From contig NIVC01002930.1 in assembly GCA_002269645.1 (NCBI GenBank), positions 65,594-129,593 on the forward strand: a stretch of 64,000 bases of DNA, written 5' to 3'. Positions 22,171 to 33,896 of the stretch are shown here, piece by piece. The number at the start of each line of letters is the position of its first letter. Position 1 is the first letter of the stretch. Source of the DNA: Macrostomum lignano. Lineage: Eukaryota. Position numbers and translations under genes: made by a program. The notes under the pieces are model-generated. The model made no database searches, was not told where the DNA came from, and saw nothing but the letters and a program-made list of their open reading frames with translations.

Positions 22171-23025
22171 TGATGTGTTCCTTATTACCCGACTTTCGAT
22201 AATCAAGGAACAATCACTTCTAGCTCAGCAGCTAGGCAACCCAGTAAGTCAACAGAAGGTATTCAATTACCTTGAGTCCTTTGGAGATCTCTCGGAGTAG
22301 TTCTCGATTGTCTTCAGTTGCTCTCGTATAGTCACTTCTGACTTTCGTTTGTAGAGCGGGTCCGATTCTTCTTTCTTCTTCAAATAGTTCCGGCCGGATT
22401 CTGTCGCTCGGACCAATGGGAAGCTTCCGAATTAACAGTGGGATCCCTGCGCCAAACTGCGGTCTAAATTAAGCCTCCTTCTTCGAGCAGTGCCTCTATG
22501 CACTCTAGGTATAGCTCCGGAAACCACTGATAGTCCTCTAAGATCTATCAGGGGCAGTCCTTCTGGAGACTGCAACCAATGGAGTCTAAACAGACTCAAG
22601 AGTCTCAACAGACTCAAATAGACTCAAGTCTCAATAGACTTGAGCGAGACGTCTCTAACACAACGGCGCAAATAAGGAAGGCTTACCGCAACAACTCGAC
22701 CGAGTCTCGATGACTTGGTATATCAGGAAGTCCTCCTAAGGCTTCCTCTTCGGAGCGCTCCTCTTCCGTGGGGAGAATGGCTCCGGTACCGCTTCAGATC
22801 GCTTGTATTTATAGACAAGTTTTTGATCCAAAATAGTATCATGACAATTCACGTGTTGCGCTAAAAGGGGAAAATGGCTCATGGCGTATTATTCTGGTAA
22901 CATCTTTTTCTGGTAGCGTGATTCATTCAAAGCTTAGGCGCACATGCGTGTACTTACTTACTTATAGTAGTATTATACGATTATCTTCTTTTTTCCTTTT
23001 TTAACGGGAGGTAGAACACTCTACA
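22171..23025 (-). repeat. 5' LTR (855 bp)
   Basis: Direct repeat of 12465-13320, adjacent to the PBS. Confidence 0.97.
22806..22813 (-). promoter_or_regulatory. Candidate TATA box of the LTR promoter
   Basis: TATAAATA on the minus strand in U3 of both LTRs (also 13101-13108). Confidence 0.55.
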
Positions 23026-24627
23026 ATTGACCTATTGTTCAATAATAGTGTCTCATATATTATATTTTATAAGAATGACTAGGGCTATATTCATATCAAC
23101 TTTAGCCTACTAATCCTAACCATTAGATGCACATGGAATTGAAAATCTCTTGCTTGAAACATTGACTCTAGTGGACTCTAGGTTCCCTTTACAAAAGCTT
23201 TAAAACTGGAAATATTCATTCATTTCTCTTCTGCTCTACTCCCTATTTATGAAATCCAAGGCTGTATTGGTCTAGAGTGGCCAATGTTATTAGATATTGG
23301 AGCTAGTTAGCTTGTATTAGAAATATGCTCTTAATTTCATATTTATGATATAAACCCTTATTAAAATATTAGAAGCTAACTATAAGATTATATATTTGAA
23401 CCTCAATTCAAAAGCATACCAAAGTAAAGAAAGGTGTTAATGAATAAGAAAAGTTAAAATTATGAAATTTTCTGTAGCACTTCTGAGCTGGTTATCATAG
23501 AAATTGTGTTAATGATACAATAATATTTTTGCATCTTAAATTTTATTCATATTTCATTTGGAGCATCAGTGCTTTTACAATTATTTAGGATTTCAGTGAT
23601 TTCTAGGCTTCTAGTAGCTGTCAAAGTTAAGTAATCTGTAAACCTTGAGTCTGCAGACTTCTGCAACATCTTTGGGTCAGAAAAAAAGTGCGCAAAATCA
23701 CCTAAAAGATGCCTTGGGTTCAGGAAACACTGCCTCTCTGTCTGACAAATAATGGCTTTAATAGCTTCTTAAAAGGTATTTCCAGTTGCACATCTGGGAC
23801 ACTGATTGCTGGTCCCCTGGCCTCCAGATGTCAGGTGTGCAGCGCCACTTCTACTGGAGTATCAAACACCAAATAACCCTTTTCAAACTAAGTGGAGAGT
23901 GTAAAGTCCCAGGATCAAGCCCTAGGGCATTGACGGCTTCATCTCCATGCCAGAAGATGGAGAGCATATTTTCGCTAATTGTTGGTAACGCTAGCCCAAA
24001 CCCGCCAGGCGTTAAAGTTTAAATGGCGATCGTAAAAAGCAAATGGGCGGGAGGCTGTCGAGGAAGAGGGTAGCAGAGGGGGGGGGGACAAAATTGAAGG
24101 GAAAATTTTGTATTTCGGCGTTTTACTGCTTCGCTAGGAGGGAGGGGGGTGGTGTCTCTATCCCATCCGGCTTCGGCGCGATGAAAGCTTTCCACACTTC
24201 CCCAGCTGCCTTATATATCTGTGTATTTCGCTTTGCGCCGCCTCTGAACTGATAGATGGCCAGCCGGGCTTGACTGAAAAAGGCCAGTGGTTGGCGGTGG
24301 CTTTAGCGCTACCATCTGCGCATTTTAGTAAAAAACACCAGGCTGCATCGGAGAGCAGGCGGTGGGGGGCTTTTTCGTCATCAAATGGGCCCAGCTGCAC
24401 GTCCTGGCTGACTGGTATGGGAGGCTTCGGTAGCAGTTTTAACGCCTTCTGTGACCGCTTACTTTTAAAACGTTGCACCATCCTACTGCAGCCTCAAGGC
24501 GTAAGCTAGGCGCAGTGTTAAGGAATCGGATCGACCATACTCCTACTCTAAAATTTGACTTCGCACCAAAAATTTTGGCTTGGCCTCATTTAACCCCGTT
24601 TTATTTTCTTCTGACTGCATTGCCAGG

Positions 24628-26230
24628 CAGCAGCTTGGCCCTGAAGTGTGTCTGAGAGTAGGTTGCAGCAGCTTGGCCCTGAAGTGTGTCTGAGAGTAGG
24701 TTGCAGCAGCTTGGCCCTGAAGTGTGTCTGAGAGTAGGTTGCAGCAGCTTGGCCCTGAAGTATCTGAGGGTAGGTTGCAGCTTGACCCTGAAGTATCTGA
24801 GAGTAGGTTGCAGCTTGACCCTGAAGTATCTGAGAGTAGGTTGCAGCTTGACCCTGAAGTATCTGAGAGTAGGTTGCAGCTTGACCCTGAAGTATCAGAG
24901 AGAGGTATAGGCTTCGCCCTGAAGTATCTGAGAGTAGGTAGGAGCAGCTTAGCCCTGAAGTATCCGAGAGTAGGTAGCAGTAGCTTGGCCCTGAAGTATC
25001 TGAGGGTAAGTATAGACTTGGCCCTGAAGTATCATCTGAGGGTAGGTATAGACTTGGCCCTGAAGTATCTGAGGGTAGGTATAGACTTGGCCCTGAAGTA
25101 TCATCTGAGGGCAGGTATAGACTTGGCCCTGAAGTATCATCTGAGGGTAGGTATAGACTTGGCCCTGAAGTATCTGAGGGTAGGTATAGACTTGGCCCTG
25201 AAGTATCATCTGAGGGTAGGTATAGACTTGGCCCTGAAGTATCTGAGGGTAGGTATAGACTTGGCCCTGAAGTATCATCTGAGGTTAAGTATGGACTTGG
25301 CCCTGAAGTATCTGAGGGCAGGTATAGACTTGGCCCTGAAGTATCATCTGAGGGCAGGTATAGACTTGGCCCTGAAGTATCATCTGAGGGTAGGTATAGA
25401 CTTGGCCCTGAAGTATCTGAGGGTAGGTATAGACTTGGCCCTGAAGTATCATCTGAGGTTAAGTATGGACTTGGCCCTGAAGTATCTGAGGGCAGGTATA
25501 GACTTGGCCCTGAAGTATCATCTGAGGGCAGGTATAGACTTGGCCCTGAAGTATCTGAGGGTAGGTAGCAGCAGCTTGGCCCTGAAGTATTTGAGGGTAG
25601 GTAGCAGCAGCTTGGCCCTGAAGGATCTGAGGGTAGGTATAGACTTGGCCCTGAAGTATCATCTGAGGGTAGGTATAGACTTGGCCCTGAAGTATCTGAG
25701 GGTAGGTATAGACTTGGCCCTGAAGTATCATCTGAGGTTAAGTATGGACTTGGCCCTGAAGTATCTGAGGGCAGGTATAGACTTGGCCCTGAAGTATCAT
25801 CTGAGGGCAGGTATAGACTTGGCCCTGAAGTATCATCTGAGGGTAGGTATAGACTTGGCCCTGAAGTATTTGAGGGTAGGTAGCAGCAGCTTGGCCCTGA
25901 AGGATCTGAGGGTAGTATTAGCTTGTCCCTGAAGGATCTGAGGGTAGTATTAGCTTGTCCCTGAAGGATCTGAGGGTAGTATTAGCTTGTCCCTGAAGGA
26001 TCTGAGGGTAGTATTAGCTTGTCCCTGAAGGATCTGAGGGTAGTATTAGCTTGTCCCTGAAGGATCTGAGGGTAGTATTAGCTTGTCCCTAAAGAATCTG
26101 AGAGTAGTATTAGCTTGTCCCTAAAGAATCTGAGGGTAGTATTAGCTTGTCCCTAAAGAATCTGAGGGTAGTACTTATTAGCTTGTCCCTTAAGGATCTG
26201 AGGTTAGATATTAGCTTGGCCCTGAAATAT
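24628..26230. repeat. Minisatellite array of 32-38-bp variant units (core CTTGGCCCTGAAGTATCTGAG)
   Basis: Visible tandem periodicity with a gradient of unit types; source of spurious ORFs 24724-25932 and neighbours. Confidence 0.95.
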
Positions 26231-26629
26231 CTGAAGGTAAACAGCCTAAAACAAGCAAACAGACAGTACTGCAATGCTTGCGAGTGTATAAAAAGCAGTA
26301 AAGCTTGTTTTATGATGACGAGTAAACACTCAAGAAATAGTGTGAGGCTATAAATGACGGAAGAAACTTATAAGCAATAACTTATAATTGCTCCACACTC
26401 TGTTTTTGTGGTCTGTAAAACTGTTGAATCGTAGCTCTTGATACAGTCGTTTAAGTGCTAAAATTTTGCTAGCTGTGGTGTAAGACTGGCTATAAAATTT
26501 CACTCATACTCTGGTCGGGGCGCCTCGCTGTCTATCGTCTCACTTTATAATTTTGATGTTTTTGAGTGTGCCTTGTAAAATATTTCAGAGCCCAAAGCTG
26601 TGTCCAGTTGTGTTTAGATCTTTGTTTAG

Positions 26630-26960
26630 GAGAGTTGGCGCTAGAAGGGGAGTTGCTTCGCTAGAAGGGGTACTGGGGGCGCTAGAAGGGGTGCTGGCTG
26701 CGCTAGGAGGGCTGCTGGCTGCTCTAGAAGAGGCGCCGGGGCGCTAGAAGGAGTGCTCGGGCGCTAGGAAGGGTGCTTGGGGCGCTAGAAGGGGTGCTGA
26801 GGTGCTTGAAGGGATGCCTGGCTGCGCTAGAAAGGGTGCTGGGGCGCTAGGAGGGGTGCTGGCTGCTCTAGAAGGGGTGCTGGGGGCGCTAGAAGGAGAG
26901 TTGCTGCGCTAGAAGGGGTGCTGGGGCGCTAGAAGGAGAATTGCTGCGCTAGAAGGGGTG
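26630..26960. repeat. Degenerate ~21-bp tandem repeat (GCTAGAAGGGGTGCTGGGGC)
   Basis: Direct inspection. Confidence 0.85.
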
Positions 26961-28457
26961 CTGCGCTGGGGAAGCGGCGTTCTGTCAACAGAGAAGTGCT
27001 GGGCGTGCTGAGAAGCCGCAGTCTCATTATCTCTAGTCTGCCTTCCAGTCGTGACGGAACGCGGTTAATGCGGCAATACGTGCTCTGAAAGGGTTGGGTC
27101 ATAGTTAATCAATTTGATTAGTTTTTTATTTTTTTTACTCTAGGTAAGCTGCTTTTCTTTCTCAAACAGAGAGAGAGATAGCGGCGAAAGAATTGAAGGG
27201 CTCATGGCTCAGCTAAAGTAATTGGCGCAAAAAAATTGAAAAAAGAAACCGGAACAGTCTACACAAAGTCTGCACAGTGGTTTGAGAACGGCATTGCATT
27301 GCATTAGGTTCGCGCTCTTTTTTCACGGCACTCCAGCTGGCTTCAATTCAACTCACTGCATGGCTATTGTTTCCCCAGCTCTCTCGCGCCTCTTTGTCCA
27401 CTGCGCTGGGTATTGGTGAGGTGAGGCAGGCAAAGCAGTGCTTGGGGAAGGGAGGGGGGCTATTTATTCACGCTGTTCTCAATTTCGCATGCAGGCTTCA
27501 CTGTACCACTTGGACTCTCTTCAAACTCTCTAACTGTCTGCGCGTCACACCTCTCCTTCTCACCCTAACTCATTTTCCTAAGCTGGGCTGCTTTTCTATA
27601 CTGTGTTTACTCAATATTGGGCAATTGAGAAGGGAGGGTATATAGAAAGGTTTTTTTTAGTTGAGAAGAGAAGAGGTCTACCTTCTGCTGCTGCTGCTGG
27701 CCGCTCCCCTCCCTAGTTCACACTCACACCAAACTATAATTCATGTGCACTCGCTCACTCACTGGCGCGGCTCTATTATTCTGCATGCATATAAATTATA
27801 AAGCTAAAGTTTAGCTAGCTGCATTAACAGAAAAGAGGTGAGGAATTGAGTAATGGGATTACCCAGATATTAATATATATATATATATAGAGAGAGGCCT
27901 TGCCTGACTTTGGTGGCCTTCTTTTTCTTTTTTCTTTCTCTCTTCTCTGGGCTGTGACTGTCAGTTCCCCAACCCCCACCTCCACCCTGACTGGCTAGCG
28001 GCCCCACATTGCGACACACAGTCAGCTTATGGTTGCGAAGGTGAGAGCGCTCTTTTAGAAGGTATTGGCGGCTTATTCTGTCTCTCCCACCCACCCTCTC
28101 TCTTTTTCTCCGGTCTGTCGTCATTTTCTTTGAAAGGCAAGTCCCCGAAACCCTCCCCAGCGACACCCCTTCTGACACCTAACCCCCCCGGGTGCCTGGC
28201 AGAATCAAGAATTCCTTTCTCTATTCTATCTAGAAGCAGAAAATAAATTGTGTGAAGCCAGAATCTGAAGGACGCTTGCAGAAGACGGGTAAAGGCGGCA
28301 GCGTTCAGGCAACACCCCGTCTTCTCATTTTTTTGCGTCGCGCGCGCAAGTGTGGCTGTTCACACCTTTCCTTCTTCTCTTCAGAGCCAAGCCACCGTGT
28401 GACTGCCAGGGCTTTGACGTCCAACCCCTGGCCTTGGCCCGTTCCTGCAAACCCAAC

Positions 28458-28514
<57 letters not shown>

Positions 28515-28859
28515 GCGTTTTTTAAATAGCTGCGACAGCGCGAGACACCTTTATATCTGATACTCTCTATAGATTTTACCAGCATTCAACAGGGCCTTAA
28601 GAAACTGACTTGAGTTTGCCTCAAACTCCCTGTTTACAACTCCCTAACGTTTTGTGGCGCACTTCCTGAATTTTTTGAGCATCCAGTGAGTGAGCTGTAT
28701 TCATTGTTTTTGTGCTACCATTTCCGTGTCTTAGAACTGTCAATCATTCTTAGATTTACCTGCTTTTAGTGTTGAGTAACAGTTAAAGCATTTTTTAGAT
28801 CGATATTTTAGTTTTTTAGATAATATAAAGTCTAGTTTCAATTTTTTTTCCAAAACCTC

Positions 28860-29210
28860 ATAATCCGCTTCCCCTTGTCTATTAGAGGATAATCCGCTGC
28901 TCCCTTGTCTATTAGAGGATAATCCGCTGCCCCCTGTCTATTAGAGGATAATCCGCTGCCCCTTGTCTATTAGAGGATAATCCGCTGCCCCCTGTCTATT
29001 AGAGGATAATCCGCTGCCCCTTGTCTATTAGAGGATAATCCGCTGCTCCCTTGTCTATTAGAGGATAATCCGCTGCCCCCTGTCTATTAGAGGATAATCC
29101 GCTGCCCCTTGTCTATTAGAGGATAATCCGCTGCCCCCTGTCTATTAGAAAGGATAATCCGCTTCCCCTTATCTATTAGAGGATAATCCCATACCCTCCT
29201 ATTAGAGGAT
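28860..29210. repeat. 29-30-bp minisatellite (GAGGATAATCCGCTGCCCCTTGTCTATTA)
   Basis: About 11 tandem copies just upstream of the receptor exon. Confidence 0.93.
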
Positions 29211-29255
29211 AAATCTAGAGATTTAAGCTCCGTGCCGACCCCCGTTGCCTTGCAG

Positions 29256-31079
29256 TCCGCTTCCCCAGGGCCAGAAATGTCAGGCGGCGGCAGCAGCAGA
29301 CTGCGCGACCGCAACGCCACGGTGATCCTGTGCGCCTGCCAGCCGCGAGATGCCAGGCACTGCCCGGCAGGCCAGTGCGCCACGACCTCCAGCTGTTACG
29401 CCAAGCTGCACCCTACAGCTGGCAGCAGCGAGCTGGGCTGCTTCAGCAACCGAACCGAGGGCCATCACGAGCTGGACAGAATGCAGTGCCGATCCAAAGC
29501 CCGCCGACTCCAGGCCGGCGAAGGCGCTCAAAACGTGTTCTGCTGCGGCAATGCGGACTTCTGCAATAGAAATCTCACTAGCGGCTTGGACATTGGCGAG
29601 ATTGGCCAAGCCGGCAGGACCGCCAGGCTGCCATCGGCTGCATCAACCAGGCAGGCATCTGGCCGGAGCGCTTCGGCTGCATCGCCGGGCGCCGCCGCCT
29701 TCCTGACGCCGGAGCACGCAGCCCTGCTAGCCGTGGTGGCAGCGATGGCCGTAGCCCTGGCAGTCAGTTTAGCGCTGCTATTCCTGCTGTTCCTCAGGCG
29801 TCGTCAACGAAGAAAAGGCGGCGGCGGCGGCGGCAGAGGCAACGTCAACATCGGCATCCTCGGCGGCCAGGCTGACTGCGGCGGCGCTCTGGTGGTGTCG
29901 CCCTCGTCCAGCTACCAGCAGCAGTCGTACGGGCCGCCAATTGCGGTGGCAGCAGCCGCCGATCCCAGACTGCCGGCCTCGCTATCCAGCCAGTGCGTGA
30001 CCGACACCGCGCTGACCAGCTCCGCCCTGACTGCCAGTTTCGACCTGTCATCTGGCAGCGGTCGGGGAGTGCCGTTCCTATTCGATCGCAGCGTCGCCCA
30101 GCAGGTCAAGCTGATCCGGCAGGTCGGCCAAGGCCGCTACGGCTCCGTGTGGGCCGGCCAGTACATGGGCGGCCGTCTGGCCGTGAAGATCTTCTGCTCC
30201 AGAGATGAGGCCAGCTTCCGTCGGGAATGCCAGATGTACACCAGCTTCCCGCTTGGCCACGAGAGTATACTGACATTCCGGGCTAGCGACATTACCAGCC
30301 GGGAGGGCTGCACCCAGTTCTGGCTGATCTCCGAGTACCACCCGCTTGGCTCGCTGCACGACTTCCTTCAACGGGAGCCGCCGCTGCCAGCCCGCCTGGG
30401 CCTTCAGCTGGCCCTGGGCGCCCTGTCCGGCCTCTGCTATCTGCACACCGAGGTTCGCGGCCTGCACGGCAAGCCGGCCATCGCACACAGGGACGTGAAG
30501 TCCAGGAACATCCTAGTGAAGGAGAACCTGACCTGCTGCATAGCCGATCTCGGCCTGGCCGTGGTTGCTAGGGAGAAAGCGCCGCCCGAGATGCCGCCCA
30601 AGTCCGCTCGGGTTGGCACTAAGCGCTACATGCCGCCGGAACTGCTGGCTGACAGCTTCAACTGGCACGAGTTTGAGGCGTATAAATCTGCTGACGTGTA
30701 CAGCATGGGCCTGGTGCTGTGGGAGATCGGCATCCGCATGGTCACTGAGGCCGGCTCGGCGCGGCCCTACGGCCTGCCCTATCACGAATTTGTTGGCATC
30801 GATCCGAGCTTTGACGAAATGAAAGAAATTGTCTGCCAGCGTCAACTGCGACCGGGCCTGCCGGACAGCTGGGCGGACAGCGCCACAATGCAAGCTTATC
30901 AGGCCCTGCTGGCTGAGCTGTGGCATGAGCTGCCGGCTGCCAGGCTGCCAGCCCTGCGAGCTGTCATGGATTTGACTCGGCTGGCTGAGCGACTGCCGCC
31001 GAACTCTGCGGAACTGTTGCAGAAGCAGCAGATGCTGATGGACACGGAGCCACTGTTAGCCGCGCGGAATGGCGTTTAG
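29256..31079 (+). CDS. BMP/TGF-beta type I receptor Ser/Thr kinase, ALK1/2 (saxophone) class; single large exon, 5' end probably incomplete
   Basis: Cys-rich ectodomain ending in CCGNADFCN, TM helix, GS box SSGSGRGVPFL, GQGRYG, AVKIF, L45 loop ASDITSREGCTQFWL (ALK1/2-type SDxTSR), HRDVKSRN, DLG, GTKRYMPPE. Acceptor at 29255/56, ATG at 29277. Confidence 0.92.
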   Translation, partial: SASPGPEMSGGGSSRLRDRNATVILCACQPRDARHCPAGQCATTSSCYAKLHPTAGSSELGCFSNRTEGHHELDRMQCRSKARRLQAGEGAQNVFCCGNADFCNRNLTSGLDIGEIGQAGRTARLPSAASTRQASGRSASAASPGAAAFLTPEHAALLAVVAAMAVALAVSLALLFLLFLRRRQRRKGGGGGGRGNVNIGILGGQADCGGALVVSPSSSYQQQSYGPPIAVAAAADPRLPASLSSQCVTDTALTSSALTASFDLSSGSGRGVPFLFDRSVAQQVKLIRQVGQGRYGSVWAGQYMGGRLAVKIFCSRDEASFRRECQMYTSFPLGHESILTFRASDITSREGCTQFWLISEYHPLGSLHDFLQREPPLPARLGLQLALGALSGLCYLHTEVRGLHGKPAIAHRDVKSRNILVKENLTCCIADLGLAVVAREKAPPEMPPKSARVGTKRYMPPELLADSFNWHEFEAYKSADVYSMGLVLWEIGIRMVTEAGSARPYGLPYHEFVGIDPSFDEMKEIVCQRQLRPGLPDSWADSATMQAYQALLAELWHELPAARLPALRAVMDLTRLAERLPPNSAELLQKQQMLMDTEPLLAARNGV

Positions 31080-31204
31080 TATTCTGCTAAATAATTCATT
31101 TAAGCTGGGGTAATTGATTCTCATTGTTCCAATTTATAAGTTTTATATAATTCCTCTTCTTTGCCTTCTAGGCTGAGCGATAATTAGCCATTGATTGATT
31201 GCAA

Positions 31205-31790
31205 ATCTGTCACTAAATAATTAGCTACCTGAGTATTGACTAATTAGCTACCTGAATGTTGACTAATTAGCTACCTGAATATTGACTAATTAGCTACCTG
31301 AATATTAACTAGTTAGCTACCTGAATATTGACTAATTAGCTACCTGAATATTGACTAATTAGCTACCTGAATATTAACTAGTTAGCTACCTGAATATTGA
31401 CTAATTAGCTACCTGAATATTGAATAATTAGCTACCTGAATATTGACTAATTAGCTACCTGAATATTGGCTAATTAGCTACCTGAATATTGGCTAATAAG
31501 CTACCTGAATATTGACTAATTAGCTACCTGAATATTAACTAGTTAGCTACCTGAATATTGACTAATTAGCTACCTGAATATTGAATAATTAGCTACCTGA
31601 ATATTGGCTAATTAGCTACCTGAATATTGACTAATTAGCTACCTGAATATTGGCTAATTAGCTACCTGAATATTGAATAATTAGCTACCTGAATATTGAA
31701 TAATTAGCTACCTGAATATTGACTAATTAGCTACCTGAATATTGACTAATTAGCTACCTGAATATTGGCTAATTAGCTACATGAAAGGTG
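31205..31790. repeat. 23-bp minisatellite (GACTAATTAGCTACCTGAATATT)
   Basis: About 25 tandem copies. Confidence 0.95.
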
Positions 31791-32792
31791 AATATCTACT
31801 AATTAGCTATCTAAGATTGCCTGAAGGGTTATTCCGCATTGCGCCATCTGTTCTATAATTAAAATAGAACTCATTTAATCTTTAAGTCAGTGTATAAAAA
31901 ATCTGTAAATCTGTACATCTGAACTGCCGATCGGCACAGGTCATCACCTTTCTCTTGCAAAACTTGCAAAGGTTTCTTCTTTTATGAGTACAGCTACACC
32001 CATTGCCGCTAATGTCTGTTATATAGCCGCAGTCTTTCCTGCTATTCTGCACTTTCGAATAATCTCTATATACATAAAATATATGCTAACGCAGCTGTAT
32101 ATCGGCGGTGTGGAAATTCTCTATATACAGAATTGGTTATTGATAGTAGTACATCATATTTTATAAATATGCTGAGCACACTCGGAATCTATTACATATG
32201 TATACATATTGCGCTAATATTAATTAATGTATTATTCATAATTGGCATTCATTAGCTTGCCAATTTAAATTGTTCTGCAATTTCTATTTATTATTATTAT
32301 GTACAACTAAATATACACACAAGTACATAATTACAGGGATGCGCGCTATTTGATAAATTCTGTGTCAAATTCGTTGAGAAAATTGTTTTAAAAATAGCTG
32401 AATTATTTGCAAAATCAATTGTTGGCATTTTCTACTACTGAATTGTTAGTAGTGCTTGTGGAACCTGGAGTTCGTAATAAGGTCTGCCTGCTCTCGTACA
32501 TGTAGTACATGTAGTGATCAAAATGCAGCCAATGATTTATGATCCAGCAGACAGATAAATGACGTACGTTAATTAAGGAGCTTTAAGAATCAATAAAAAT
32601 CTCAATAAGACTCAATAAGAATACACTGCATTTGGCTGATGCCTCATCCTTATAGCTCCAAATTTTCAAATGATGGTACATGAGACTTCAAAAGTTTCAC
32701 ACAACAAGCGCTGACGCTGACTCCTGACTCCTGAGCAGAGCTGGAGTGTACAGAAAGTACACCAGACATTTAACTCTAATCGTAAGGCCTTA

Positions 32793-32925
32793 TGTACACT
32801 CTGTTGCCGAGGGGGCTGGCTCTCATCGGTGGTGAATCGCCCGACAACCTTCAGGCCTGTACATGTACACTCTGTTGCCGAGGGGGCTGGCTCTCATCGG
32901 TGGTGAATCGCCCGACAACCTTCAG
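32793..32925. repeat. Exact 62-bp direct duplication (period 71)
   Basis: TGTACACTCTGTTGCCGAGGGGGCTGG...CCGACAACCTTCAG at 32793-32854 and 32864-32925. Confidence 0.9.
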
Positions 32926-33218
32926 TCGAAACTTCGTTGGCAAACTTTTAGCTGGAATTGAGATCTGAGAAGAGACGCAAACCTTGAGCGGGCCGGGTTG
33001 CTATTGTGAAGTTTCACAGGACCCGAGGGCCAGATGGAGAGGCTTCGCGGAGTTTGCCGACCCCCGCCCTTAAGCCAATGTTTGGTGCCCAACGAGTCCC
33101 AAATCGAACTAAGGGGTCTTTGGCTGCCCTGCTCTGTAAAAGATTGGGAGCATGCCAATGCTTTGTTCCCCCACCTAACTTTGTGTCCCGTTATGGAAAT
33201 CAATAATTATGCTTCAGG

Positions 33219-33670
33219 GTGACAAAACATAGTGCCTGCAGCGCTAAAATGAGTGCCTGCGGCGCTAAAATGAGTGCCTGCAGCGCTAAAATGAGTGCCT
33301 GCGGCGCTAAAATGAGTGCCTGCGGCGCTAAAATGAGTGCCTGCAGCGCTAAAATGAGTGCCTGCAGCGCTAAAATGAGTGCCTGCAGCGCTAAAATGAG
33401 TGCCTGTGGCGCTAAAATGAGTGCCTGCAGCGCTAAAATGAGTGCCTGCAGCGCTAAAATGAGTGCCTGCAGCGCTAAAATGAGTGCCTGCAGCGCTAAA
33501 ATGAGTGCCTGCAGCGCTAAAATGAGTGCCTGCAGCGCTAAAATGAGTGCCTGCAGCGCTAAAATGAGTGCCTGCAGCGCTAAAATGAGTGCCTGCAGCG
33601 CTAAAATGAGTGCCTGCAGCGCTAAAATGAGTGCCTGCAGCGCTAAAATGAGTGCCTGCAGCGCTAAAAT
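33219..33670. repeat. 21-bp minisatellite (ATGAGTGCCTGCAGCGCTAAA)
   Basis: About 21 copies; gives the stop-free MSACSAK and LALQALI ORFs. Confidence 0.95.
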
Positions 33671-33896
33671 GATCGCTGAGCGCTGAAAATTCACCGATTC
33701 TAAAAAAAACATATACGAGCGTACATGTGCATGTAGAATTCTTGGCTTTGTCCCCCCACCATAAAATCCATGGCGACGCCCCTGTGTCTATGGCATGTAG
33801 TCAGCTCTGCCTATTGAAATCAAAGAGGTGATAAAGTTTACTGACTAGCCATTTACTCTGATAAAATTCGTATTTCGCAGAGAAAAAAATTAAAGC

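Larger units (their letters stand above)
12465..23025 (-). mobile_element. Full-length env-bearing Ty3/Gypsy LTR retrotransposon (10,561 bp): LTR-gag-env-pol-RING-LTR
   Basis: Paired 855/856-bp LTRs with TG..CA ends, 4-bp TSD ATTG (12461-64 and 23026-29), PBS, PPT, and pol order PR-RT-RH-IN. Confidence 0.97.

Noticed and set aside
24158-24481. 107-aa ATG-initiated minus ORF in a GC-richer patch
   Set aside because: No recognisable motif or supported splice partners; possible exon but unsupported.
24686-25932. 402-aa ORF and neighbours
   Set aside because: Translation of a minisatellite; no domain signal.
24628-26230. CRISPR-like look of the regular arrays (also 31205-31790, 47995-48557, 56655-57050)
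   Set aside because: Units are head-to-tail with no unique spacers, there are no cas genes, and the context is eukaryotic.
32864-32940. Possible hammerhead ribozyme on the minus strand (CCGATGAG..CTCGGCAAC)
   Set aside because: Core nucleotides deviate (CUGA to CCGA, GAAA to GGCA) and stem II is only 3 bp.
33200-33712. LALQALI and MSACSAK repeat ORFs
   Set aside because: A 21-bp unit without stops is open on both strands by construction.
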